64,000 bases of DNA, from positions 1,302,001-1,366,000 of the forward strand of contig CDLV01000005.1 of assembly GCA_001244265.2 (NCBI GenBank), given 5' to 3'. Every line of letters starts with the position of its first letter. The first letter of the stretch is position 1. This DNA comes from Microbotryum violaceum (taxonomy: Eukaryota). This document shows, piece after piece, positions 1 to 12,800 of the stretch. Both the position numbers and the translations under genes were made by a program. The notes beneath the pieces were generated by a model, which was not told the origin of the DNA, did not search any database, and was given only the letters and a program-made list of their open reading frames with translations.

Positions 1-3000
1 CACGACTTTGCCTCACAATTTGAACGCGCGATTGCTGTCACGTCGGTCGCGGCGCGCTTCGAGTGGATCGATGGACCGCTGGTGCAAGCGATGAAGCAAG
101 GTCATTGGCTCTTGATCGAAGACGCCAACTTGTGCAGCCCCTCTGTCCTGGATCGACTCAACTCGTTGTTCGAACCCGAAGGCCGTCTTCAGCTCGCCGA
201 GCGCGGCCCCGTCAACGGTGTCGTGCAGACTATCGCGCCTCACCCCGACTTCCGTTTGGTCATGTCGCTCGACCCTAGAAACGGAGAACTCTCGCGTGCC
301 ATGCGCAACCGAGGCATCGAGATTGCCATGCTGCCCGTTGAAGCCGACTCTACTCTGCAAGAACGCCCCCGCTCGAGCACCGTCACCCCCTCGGAGTCTA
401 TCGCCGACATGATCGAGATCGCCTCTCGTACGCAAGAGCTTTCGCCCCTGGTCGTGGCGCAGACGATGCTCTTGTACCTCAGCCCCTTCCAATTTGGGTC
501 CGCCCTTCGACTCCTGCGCGCAACGAGACTTTGCGATGTTCCCCCAATCGAAGCTAGTATGCGTGGCATGGCGGCGCACCCACTCGTACCCGGTATTGTA
601 GCTCGTCGGAACGCCACCGCTCTCCTGCAAGAGGTTCCTGCGCCTCTGCTCGCCCTCGAGCCGATCGATATATCGCTCGTGACGCATGAGGGCACTATCC
701 AAACGCCCGCCAATTCGGTATTATCGCCGGCTTTGGATGCAGTGTGTTTACTCCTGCTGGTGTCGTCGAACCGCCCCGATCTGCTTTCGCACGTCTTGGC
801 CAAGCCGAGGAAGAGTCTGAGCGCGTGGGAGCGCTCGCTGCTGGCTCTCCACGGCAAGATGCGACTCGATGAAGACGATGTTGCAACGGCGTCATTGGTT
901 CCTGTATCGCATGCTTTGACCACTCTGGTGCGACATATGCTCGCCGCCGCCGTCGGAGATTCGACCTTTGAACAACAACAGGTAAGCTGCGGCCGCGCCA
1001 TACTGAGAGCAGGCCAATCCTTACTGACGATTGTGTCAAAATAACAGGAGTGTGTCGAACTTGGCAATCGACTCGGCAGATACGTCGCAGAGCTCGAGCA
1101 TGTTTGTTCAAGCTCAGCGCTCGATTTTTCGAGTATCCAACACGTTGCGGCGTGGATTGCTTCAGAAGTCGGACGAGCCCCTGTGGAGGCCTTCCCCAGC
1201 GCGGCTGCCGTCAAGACGGCACTGACCCCACTGCAGACCTCGCTGGCCCTCACTAGTGGCAAGGCGATGAACAATATTTGGAGGGCTTGCCTGCCTTTTG
1301 AACCGGCTTCGCCTGCAATCAACTCGGCGTATCGAGATCTGCTTGAGCGTGGCGCACGAACGGACGGGCCGGTTTGGGACCGCGCTCTCGTCGACCTGTT
1401 CCTCGAGATTGCGGTTGCTTTTGGGACTCCGCAATCGCAGCACGGTGTCGGATTCGAGGATGAGGCGTCTGTACTCGCGAGAAAACTCATTGCATCGCTA
1501 CCTCCCGTAACGACCAAAGGGAGCAGCCTCAAGGACGAAAGTACCGCGCTGGTGAACTCGTCTAATGCTGCGAGCGTGCTTGTTGCAGAGCTGGCTGCTG
1601 TTGCCAAGGTCATCACAAATGACTATTCAGTGAGCTTGCACTCTGGTGTTGATGGTGCTACTGGAGACCTACTGATGCGCCAAATGTGTGATAACAGCAT
1701 TCCGCCTCGACGAGCCTGATACGCGTTGTGCACAGGAGTCAAGCACTGTCTCTCGCAAGCATCGTCCCGATTCATCAGCTTGCGTCGTGGCCCCGAGAAT
1801 ATGGCGAGTAAATTTCGTCATCTGAACGATATGCCATCAGTGACTGATTGGTTCCGCCCCTGGCTTCCGATTACGCAGAGGGTGCCATCAGCAGCCAGTC
1901 ATCGGCCCAGTTCAAGACGTTGCTGCTGTGGAATGAGCACCTTGCACTTGGTCTTTCCCAAGTGAGCCCCTCGGATTACTTTGGCACATCAAAAAGCGCC
2001 AAACTGATCATGGGGTTCTTCTTCAGATCACTTCCCCCTACACGCCGGCCGAAGTGACTCGACCTTTCTTGTTGCGTGAGGTCGTGCAGCTCAAGTAAGT
2101 ACTCGGCTGTGACCACGATAGCATAATGACGAGGCTCATCGATCGTCTACCCTCACTCCCAGAACCAAAGACACATCTTCGCTCGGCAACCTCGTCGTTC
2201 TATCTGAAGGCCTCGGCCGGGCTGCGACAATCCAGACATGGACAGCCTCCCTTGACTACGGCTCTCGGAGGTCTGCTTTGAAATCCGTGCTGCTTGCCTC
2301 TATTGGTCTGGTAAGTTTCCTCTGCATGACCGCTGCCTCGCTTCATTTGAACTGAACATCATGAGTATCTCTCTTTACAGCTCGTCAACGCGACCAAGGG
2401 GACCCAACAGTGGGAAGCCTCGGGACTTGCAGGCTTGAGCGCCGCAGATGCCGACTCGCCGGCGTTCGGCGAGGCGTTCGATCGCTATCTTGCACCCGCC
2501 ATCACGAGTTTGGCAGACCCCGACGAAGCGAGTCTAGCTAAAATCGGACAGGGATTTGTCGCATTCTCGAGATGCCTTTGGCATCTCTACTTGCCCAACT
2601 TGCCGCTCGACCCGGCCATCGGACTCCGAGCCCGCTCGGGGTACCTCAGCCGTCAGCTCGATCACCTCTCGGGCGTCCTTCAGTCGTTGCACCTTGCCGA
2701 GCTACACCGCACGGGTAATGCTCAAAACGACAAGATCGATCGGCTCAGCAAGAAGTTGGACGACCTCAGGCCCAAGCTCGATGAGGCCAAGGTCGTTCCC
2801 GTCCAGCGCGAAGGCAACCCTGCTCTGCTGTCCAGTCTCTTCCAAGAGCTACAGTCGTTCCGCGAGCAGATCATCAGCGAGGCGCAGCTCGATACGCTGG
2901 CAAACGATCTCATGGGTGCCGCACCGACCGAATCCGTCTTGAGCCGAGAATTGAGCATGCAGCGATCGGTCGAGACCTTGCTGCATCGCTTGGACGCAGT

Positions 3001-6000
3001 CTACGGCGAGCTCGTCGACATCCTCGCGCCGTTGCGCCTGTCTCTCTGCTCGTTAAAAATCGGTTTCGCACTGCTCTCCCAACTTGCTAACCTCAAGCTG
3101 GCTAGTGCGTCCTCATCGGAACCTTTTGTAGAGCTCCTTCATCACCTCGTCAGCTTTCCCAAAGTGGCTCACAAGCATAGGATTGATGCGATCGACCTCC
3201 CGCTCACGATTAAGGCCAATCAGACACCCCTCTCACCGACGCGTGCAACATTGCTCCAGGTTACGGCCCTCATCAGCCAGCTCACGCACAGCGGCCGATT
3301 TGATCGCGATGCTTTGCGCCGCCTCACCCAGCTGTACGATCGTCTGCATTATCTCTGGACCAGCGATCGTCGCAAGGACGAAGAGGCCGCGCGTGCTGCT
3401 GAAAGCCTCTACAGATCCAAAGCCGACGTGGAGCAGATTGCTACAGATGAGGAGCTCGAAGCCGCCGAATTTGCCCAGCTGTTCCCTACGTTTGAGGATG
3501 CGCTGGACTCCAACGACTCCGTCGACAAGCCGCCGGCGACGAATGGTTCGATCACCGCCGCCAACGGCGCCACGGCCTCAACCAAGGTGTTCCATCACCT
3601 TCAGCCTCAGGACGAGGCGCTGCTCGCCAAACTGCACGTCGGTCTATTAGGAAACGGGCGGATTTACGACTTCGTTGGCAAGTGCGAGAAGGAATATGAT
3701 AGTATCCGTACTTCCAGCACCACGACACTATTGCCAGATCTTTACGCTCATCTCGACGAGGGACTTGATCGGGCCTCGGCGGTGTACCGAGTTCGCTCGC
3801 TCGTCGAGCTCAGCCAGTCAATGAAGCCTTCGACATCATCCCACCCAGCTCTGTCGCGGGACCGCGACTTCTACACTGAGCCCGACGTGCAAGAGACGGC
3901 CAAGGCTGTTCCTATCCTACTCGCCACTTCAGCGCGTCTCTCTGATCTTATCGAGACGTGGCCTGACCAGATGGTTCTGAAGAACCTCCACGAGCGCTGC
4001 CAAGCGGTGCTTTCGCTTTCGTCGCAATCTCCGATCGCACAAGTCCTAACAGCTATCGAGCAACTGTTGCAACACACCGAGGACTGGGAATCATACGCTA
4101 GTTCCGAACACTCGCTGGCGACAAACCGTGCCGAAATCATTAACCTCATCATCGAGTGGCGTCGAACCGAGCTCACGTGTTGGTCACGTCTACTTTCAAC
4201 GATCGAGAAACGCTTCAAGACCCCCGTCGCAACGTGGTGGTTCCGGTTCTACGAAACAATGATCCGCGCAGCGCCTGGCGTCGACGAAGACCCCGCCACT
4301 CCGACGCACGAACAGAAATCGCCGGCCGAGTTCAACCGCGAACTCGTGGCCCTGCTGGATTCCTTCTTTTCGACCTGCTCGATTGGGCAGTTCCAGGCTC
4401 GTCTGGAGCTGACCTTGTCGTTCGCCAATCTGGCGAGCAAGCTTGGTTCTCAATTTTATGAGGATACGGTGAGTTGCTGCCAGCCATGAAACGTGTCCAG
4501 ACCCTCCGCTGACATGAAGCGGGTACCACTTTGTTTCTACAGATCCACGATGGTGCCCGCTCCTTGAACACTGTTGCCCAGCTCCTTTTGAACATCCACG
4601 CATTCTACGATCAATTCACCCCTCGCATTTCTGCGTTCCTTTGCACCGAGCGAGCAAAGATCGACAAGGAAGTTAACAACCTCATCAAACTCGCAAGCTG
4701 GAAGGATGTGAACGTGTACGCTCTGCGCCAAAGCGCGATTCGCAGTCATCACCAGCTCTACAAGTTCGTCCGCAAATTGCGAGCGGTTCTACAGAAGCCC
4801 GCAAGCGACTTTTTCACTCGCTCAGAAAGTGCGCAGTCGACCGAATTATTGTGAGTTTCTTGAGGTGAAGCTAAGTGTGGCATTACGCGTTCCAAACTGA
4901 CAGTATGTGACCTCATGATTTGAATAGCATCGCCCCCCACCTGGCGACCCGCGATTTGGCTTTGGTTCTTAACTCGATGCCTAGCTTACCCAAAGAGATC
5001 ACCGCGGCAACGACCACGAGTCACATCGCCAATTTGGATCGCACGCTCCGTCGTCTCGCCGCGTGGCAGACGACGTCGCTCGGACCTTTCATCGGCGCCA
5101 ACCGCGCTGGACAAGTTGATGCGTTCGCCGTAGAGATTATTCGCACATCAAAGGACCTCAAGAGCGAGCCGCTTGGGGAGGAGGAGGGCCGCGACCAGCG
5201 CCTTAAGTCGCTCATAGCACGTAAGCGTCGCGCTTGGATCGAATTGTTGCGCGAGATGAAACGAGTGGGCCTGTCGCCCTCGCCCGCCCCGGCCATCGTC
5301 GACCGCCTGAAGGATGCTGGTCATGTCTACACGCTGCCATCGTCGAGGCGTGTCTTCTCCCTCGACGTCTCTCTCCTTCCCGAAGACCAACGACGCCTGT
5401 TGCGCGAGGTCGACGACTACCACTACAGAATGACGTCTGAGCTCCCTGCTCTTCGGGCGTGTCCCGCCAACCACCACGACGACGTTTCGACTCGCGAGGT
5501 GCAGCGTGCGATCGGTTCGATCGAGTCCGGTGTCGCCATGAGCTTCGACAGTCGAGTCCAGCTCGTGCCGGCAATCATGTCTGCATCCCGCCTGAGCTTC
5601 ATTGCCAGCAAGATGGAATCCGTCGGAGCCGAGCCGATCGGTCAGAGCGTTGCGACGATCAAGGCTCTCGCCGAGTCACTGCTCGAGCTCGTCTGCGAAG
5701 TCTCGAGCGGTCTGTCGGACGCACGCGTCGAGCTCAACAACCACCGTGTCGCGCTCGACGGTCGCCCGACTGACGACTTGTCGGTGGTCGCCAAGCTCAT
5801 CGATGATTCCGATCGCGTACTCTTTGATGATGTCGAGCAACTACGAGGACTGGCCGCCATCGACTCGTTCGACCCAGTCATAGGTACCAGGCAAGAGCTC
5901 GAGATCATACGAACCGCGCACACTCACCTGCGGTCGATCGTCGATGCTTTCACCATTCTCGAAGCGCCGGTCTCGGTTCGCTGTCTCGTCGACCCATTGG

Positions 6001-9000
6001 GCCGGTGGATCCGATCCCTACGCCTTCCATCGGTCGAACCTGAGACGGTCGGCGCTTCCAGCGCTGTAGCAGATCTCGACAAATTGAACACACAGCATGC
6101 CACTCTCATCGATTCAATCCTGGTCATCGCTCAAGAGCTTCGCACTCGTGCCGAAGGGATGGAGAAGGTAGACCCCGATGGCGAAACGCGCGACCACGCG
6201 ATCAAGCTCGATCATCGCTCCTTGCAGGAGACTATCGCGGTCTGGCGATCTGACGAAATTCTGGACCAAGCCGTCGCCTTGGCGCGTTCTGCTCATGCTC
6301 TCTTGGGCTCTTCGGTTTCTCTTCAGCCCGCTGTTTGCGCGCTTTTGCTACGCGTGGCCCCCTTCATTCGCCTTTTTGTGGACTTGTTGTCCGACCACCT
6401 CGTTGAGTACCTGCGCTGGATGCGAGCCATCCTCAAGCTCGCCTACGTCGCCTCCACCGTCGTCAAGGAGCTTGCCGCGCAAGGGTTCTGCCGGCCCGTG
6501 GAAGATGATGGGAAAGGTGGTGAAGAAGCGGATGGCAAGACCTCGGACGGCACTGGAATGGCTGATGGCAAAGGCGCCAAAAACGTAAGCAATGAAATCG
6601 AGGACGAGTCACAGATTGAAGGACTCGAGAACGATGTGCAGCAAGAGAAGGAGAAGAACGAGCACCAGGACGAAGAGGATGGTCAAGACGATGCAATCGA
6701 GACGAACATAGACTTTGAAGGCGATCTCGAAGACCGAGGTGATCAGGACCAGGACGATCAGGACAAAGATGACGAAGATAGCGACGAGGATGAGGACGCG
6801 CCGGAACCGGACGAGCAAGTCACGGATGTCGATCCGCTCGACCCTTCTACGGTTGACGAGAAGTTCTGGGGCGACGAGGCTTCCAAGGACGAGCCCAAAG
6901 ATCCTGCCAACGAGGAGCTCAACCAAGAGACCGAGCAAAAGTCCGGCAAGTCCGAGATGACCGCCAAGGATGATCAAGCCCCGGAGCCGAAATCAGAAGG
7001 CAAGGACTCGAATGCCGAAAAAGACCAGCCCGAGCAGCCTGAGGAGGAGAAGAGTGGGCGTGAGATGGAGCAGGATGGAAAGGACGAAGCCGAGAAAGAA
7101 GGAGATGAGGTCGAGAACGGGGAGCAGGATGACGACGAGGGGGAGGATCAAGATGCCCCACCCCAAGCCGACGACAAAGACCGATTGAACCACCAAATGC
7201 CCGAAGGCGACAATCTTGACTTGCCGGAGGACTTGAATCTTGACGGGGAGGAGGAGAAGGAAGATCAAGCCAAAGATTTGGACCTGGACGACATGGATGT
7301 CCCAGCTGGTATGTCCGGCGAACGGCCTGCCCCTTTGTGGATCAAACGGTTTGCTGATCTTTCACGTCTGAAATCTCCTACAGATCCCGACGATGGCAAC
7401 CACGACGACGGCGACGACCAGCTTGACGAGATGGGTGACTCGAACGAGGGTCCCGGCGAGGCGGACGACGCATTAGTTGCCGACGCCGACGCCGACGATG
7501 GTGAGCCACAACCCGACAACCCCGAGGAAGATGCGCCGCAGCCGGATCAACAAGCATCGCTCGACGACTCGTCTGGCGGAGCTCAAGATGGGGAACAGGG
7601 CGGCGAAGGATCCCAAGATAAGAGTGCCACCGCACCTGCCGATCCGAAGCCATCATCGACCGAAGCACCCACCACTTCCGGCGCCCAGCAGGAGCTTACC
7701 GATGCCATGGATCCGAGGCAAGCGCCAGCGGACGATGCCGAGGACCAGGAGATGAACACCGAAGACGATGCAGCCGAGGCTCACCTTTCGGCCCCTTCGA
7801 ATGCGGCGAGTGGGACGTCAAAAGAGCGATCGGCCGCCACCGACCCTCAAGCCCAATCGCAAGCTGATCGCTCGACGCCAGCCCAGCCCCAACGTAGCTT
7901 GGGCGATGCGATGCAATCTTGGCGCCGTCGATTGGAGCAGATTGCCGACATGAGCGAGGTCACCGAAGAGTCCCCTGCCGAAGTCGATCATGCCAGCAAT
8001 GACAAGGACGGCGAGGTCGAGTATGTCACTGAGGGACAAGAGCACGATGCAGACGAGCAGGCACTCGGACCGGCGAGCGAAGAGCAAGTCAAAAAACTTG
8101 AGCAGTTGCGACTTGGCGACGAGGAGGAGCCGCAAAAGCACTTTGATGCCGACGATGCAATGCAAGTCGATGAGCCACCTACCGCCGATCCGACTAACCA
8201 GCCATCGTCGACGATCAACCTCGACGGATCTTCCCTTGCCGAGACCGACGCCAAGGCCATTCCTGCTACCGAGTTGCGGGACCAACATCCCGTGGACCCC
8301 GAAGACGATTCTGCGCTCGACGACGAGAAAGCCGATCATCTCGAGGATGAGGACGACGAGCTTCGCTCAAGGACACTCGCCGCCCAGGATGACGCTGAAG
8401 CCGATCACCAAGTTGAACAGGCCATGTTGCTGTGGCGTAGTGGAGATGACCCGACCATGACTGCTGATGGTGTGTGGAGGTTGTACGAATCGTTGACGCG
8501 CAATCTCTCGTATGCTCTCACGGAACAACTTCGTCTCATTCTCGAACCCACGCTCGCGACCCGACTGAAGGGCGACTATCGCTCTGGCAAACGCCTCAAC
8601 CTCAAGAAGATCATCCCCTACATCGCGTCCGAGTTCACCAAGGACAAGATCTGGTTGCGACGAACTCGACCGTCGCAGCGCGAATATCAAATTCTGATCG
8701 CGATCGATGACAGCAAGTCAATGGCTGACTCGCACTCGGTGCACCTCGCCTTCCAGTCTCTGGCCCTCATCTCCCGCGCCTTAACTCGCCTTGAAGTCGG
8801 TGGCATCTCCATTTGTCGATTCGGCGACACAATGGACGTTTTGCACCCTTTCGAGGGCGGTCAACTCTCCGATGACGCTGGAGCTAGACTGCTCGAACAA
8901 TTTACCTTCTCTCAACGCACGACTGATGTGCGCCTGCTGGTCGAGCGATCGCTCACTCATTTGGCCCTCGCCAAGGATGCGGCCCGCTCCGGCAAGTCCT

Positions 9001-9485
9001 CGCTGGCCGCTGGTGACCTGTGGCAGTTGCAAATTATCATCTCCGACGGCATGTGTCAAGACCATGGCGCGCTCCGAGCTCTCCTTCGTCGCGCTGCGGA
9101 GCAGAAGGTCATGTTCGTATTTGTCGTCATCGACTCGCTGCACCGTCAGACCCTCGAGACCCACTCGGGCTCTTCAACCCCCGTTACTTCATCAGCATCG
9201 TCCACAGTCAACCAAAACTCAATCTTAGCGATGCAATCCGTGTCCTACTCTAAGGGCAGTGACGGTCGACTCGAGCTCAATATGAATCGGTACCTCGACT
9301 CGTTCCCGTTCGAGTACTTCGTCGTTCTGCGCGACGTCGAGGCGCTTCCCGAGGTTTTGAGTGCCACGCTGAGACAGTTTTTCGAAAGGGTCAGTGACAG
9401 CTTTGCTTTCCTCGTCGCGTCTTGCTACCCGGACCTTGTGCTGACTCGCACTCTTTATCTTCACCAGGTCTCGTCGGATCGATGA
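1..9485 (+). CDS. MDN1: Midasin (Mdn1/Rea1) AAA-ATPase, 3' part, multi-exon, 5' end outside window
   Basis: Last AAA module (GHWLLIEDANLCSPSVLDRLNSLFEP...PHPDFRL...ELSRAMRNR), long linker ORFs (2435-4489, 4531-4854), D/E-rich region and C-terminal MIDAS/vWA domain (GDYRSGKRLNLKKIIPYIAS...IAIDDSKSM...IISDG). Frame changes are explained by GT-AG introns (e.g. ~982-1048); stop at 9483-9485. Confidence 0.96.
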
Positions 9486-9867
9486 TCGTGGCCATCTATC
9501 CCAGTTGTTTTTCCATTCTACGCATAGAACGCAAAGTGAGTGCCAACTCGCGCATTTGCAAAGGTTGCTGAGATCATGCACTGATCGACCTTCGCTGAGA
9601 TCAGGTGACCGCAACATACGCAGATCATTAACATCGCATTTCGCATAGTATTTTGACTTTCCTGTTAGTAGATTGTATCACCTGATCGATTGTTGTAACA
9701 CTGTTCTCTCTCTCGCACCGCACTCCGAACACTGAATCGTCTCGCACGAGAGCGCGAGTTGGCATAACAACAGATGTAGGGTGGGAACAATCACGATGCT
9801 TTTTCCCCAAAACCAACAAAACCAAGTGAAAGCTTGCTCTCCCTGAAACGCATGTCCTTCTATTTCC

Positions 9868-12800
9868 TCAACCCTTTCTGGCCGTCGTCGCAGCGACGTA
9901 CTTGCCCTTCTCTGCATCGAAGCGACCTGTGACGCTCGCTACGGTCGGGGAAGCGAGCAAGTCGGCGACGCTTCCCGCGATGGGTCTCGAAGCCCTCGTG
10001 CCCCTTGCCCTCTCGCTGCCTTCACCAACACTTCCATCCACGACCAAGACCGACTCTGGCCGACTCGGTTCCGTCAATCTATTCGTCGCGCTCGAAGTCG
10101 AGGGCGACGCAATCGTCGATGACGAAGCCGGTGCTTGTTTGGCAGCAGCAGCGGCGAGGTATTTCTGACTAACGTATTTCCCTTTGGTCGGGTCGTAGAT
10201 CCCTGTCACGGCACCAACGCTTTCGGAATCCAACAAAGCCCTAAGGTCACCTTCCAATGGGGCGGCCAGGCGCGTTGCTCTTGAATGGGTCGGCACCGAA
10301 CGCGGTCGAGGAGGTGGGACGACGGGTGGGAGGAGCTGTTGAGCCGCTGCGGAGGACGTCGAGGCCCGAGGGGACTTTGAGGCGCGAGTAACCGAAGCTG
10401 TACGTGCGAGGTTGTGCGGTTTCCGATCCGCGAGTTTGGAATCCGAGTATCTCCTCTGCTTGGGCTCATTGACGATCAATCGACCGGGCAAAGACCTCCT
10501 CGGTGCGCCATTCGACGAAGTCGATGTCGACGCCGACATGGATTGTGAAGGCGGTTGCGGGCTGAGCAAAGGAACAGGCTTCGGAGGAGCAAGAGCGAAC
10601 AAAGGTCCTTCAATGTCGACAGGGGCACCTTTGGCGATGTAGCGTCCCTTTTCGGCATCGTAGCCTCCGCTGACTCGGAGGACCGCTGGGGCGGCGAGGA
10701 TATCGCTCAGGTTCCCGGCAAGAGGCGCACTTCGTCGTGTGCCTCGTTCACCAGGCTTGACAGGCTGCGGTGGGATGACAGGCTTTGGTTCGGCGACACT
10801 TTTGCCGAACTTGGTTTTGGACTTGGACGAGCTCGCATTTGTCGACGCGACAAGCACTTGACCTTCGTCGAGTTGCGAGTGTCGTCGAGTCGATCGAGGA
10901 TTGGCCGAAGCGACGGGAGTCTTCGAAGTCGAACTCGAAGCAGATGAAGTCGACGGTGCTGCTCCATCAACGGACATTCGACTGCGTTTGCGTTGCGTCG
11001 ACGTTGAAACCGCAGCTTTGGTCGAAGTCGTCGAGACGCGGGGACGGCGGGTCGCCTGGGCTGACGAGCCTGAGGCCGAGGATCCCGGCGCAGAAGGGGT
11101 AGGTACGTTCGACGAGTGAGCACTATTCGTCGAGTGGTCTTGATTGGTTGAAGATTGCGGGAAACTGTTCGTCCCACCGTCAAAATCAGTTTCAATTCGG
11201 GTGATGTGAGCCTCGTGCACGTTGAACTTACTTGAGCATCAACAACAGCGCCGCGGCTTCCTGCGTGTCCGTGTCCCTCAAATCAAGCGCATCAATCGCC
11301 TGCCCGTCACCCAGTCCCAACATCTCCTCATCCAGCGTCTCATCAACCATCATCGCGACACCCCCCTCGTCTCCTTCTTCCTCCCCCTCCTCAACTTTAG
11401 GCTTCACATCCTCCATAATCACATCATCGACCTTCTCTCCGTGTATTCCATTCTGCCGTCTTCGACGCCTCTCATCATCCTCGTCATCCTCATCGTCATC
11501 ATCATTCTGGCCCGCTCCACCACCTCCTTTTCGGGGCCTGGAGCCGAGCCGAAAACTTTGCGTCGCGCTGGCGCCCGCCGCGAGGGATGTTGAAGAAGAA
11601 GTCGACGTCGAAGCATGCTTCGGATCATCCCCATTGGTCGTCGTCGTCGAGGCCGAAGATCCCGAGGCGTCATTGACGGCATGGGTCGTGACGAGAGCGC
11701 GTAGTTTAGGTATGCGGATGGGCACGCCAAAAAAAGACGAGGTTGAGATGGTTGCTCGGACGACGTCCTTGTGGCTGTGTGAGTCGGAATCCATGTCTGA
11801 ATCGAGCTCGGCCGTGCTGGAGTCTCGAGGTGGGATCGAGGCGCGCGTCGTACCGGAGGTGCTTCGACGGAGGTAGGGTGGAAGCGGGGTCGGATCTCGA
11901 GGAGGCAGGCTTTGACGTCCTTTGGGACCGATCGAATGGTTGAACCTCTTTCTGGAAGGTGGCATGGGTTCCGAACCGACCTTCTCGTAAGGTGACGCGA
12001 CACTTGAGGAATCGAGAGGCGTCTCCGGGACACGACCATACGCATCGTCTTCGACAGCGCTGACTCCACCCGTTGAGTGGAGCCCAGCCTCGTCCATCGA
12101 CAAGGCAATAGGTACAAATCGGCCCAATTCGACTTCGCGATCATCGCCATTCGCGTCCGTTTTTGACCTCTTCCTTGGGCCACCTGTGACCTGTGACCCC
12201 TTGACGACGACAATCCCGACAAAAGGCTGTTCCTCGGATACGGACCTCACCTTCCGCCTCTTCGATGCCGGTCCACGGAGCTTGTTCTTGGTGGCGGCGG
12301 CGGGCGTCGAGGATTTCCTCTTGCGGGGTGACGAGGTCGCTTTGGTGACGGTGACGATCTTGGTTGATCGATTCCTCTTCCTCGGTGCCGGCTTTTGGAG
12401 TTCCTCCTCCTCTTCTTCTTCCTCTTCCTCCTCCTCTTCCTCCTCCTCTTCCTCCTCCTCCTCCTCCTCATCATATTCTTCCTCTTCCTTCTCCTCTACG
12501 GGCGCCTCTTCATCCGCCTCTTCAGGCTCTTCCTCTACAACCTTGGGCTTCCTGACCCTGGCCCTCTTCGGCTTCGGCTTCACAGTCGTACTGGCCTCCG
12601 TACTCGCTCTACTCCTCGAAGGCCTTAATCTAACCCTCTTCGGCTTCTCCGCCACCTGCTTCTCCCTCTGTTTCCCCTTCCCCTCTCCCTTTTTCCCCAC
12701 CTCCTCAACGGCACCCCCTTTCCTATGACTCCTCCTCCTCTTCTCCTCTTCCCTCCTCATTTCCTCCTCCATCCGTTCCCTCTCCTTTTTCCTCTCCCTA

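Noticed and set aside
240-1616. 458-aa antisense ORF and many other long opposite-strand ORFs
   Set aside because: Shadow ORFs of GC-rich coding exons (midasin, Set9, UTP14 etc.) with no recognisable motifs.
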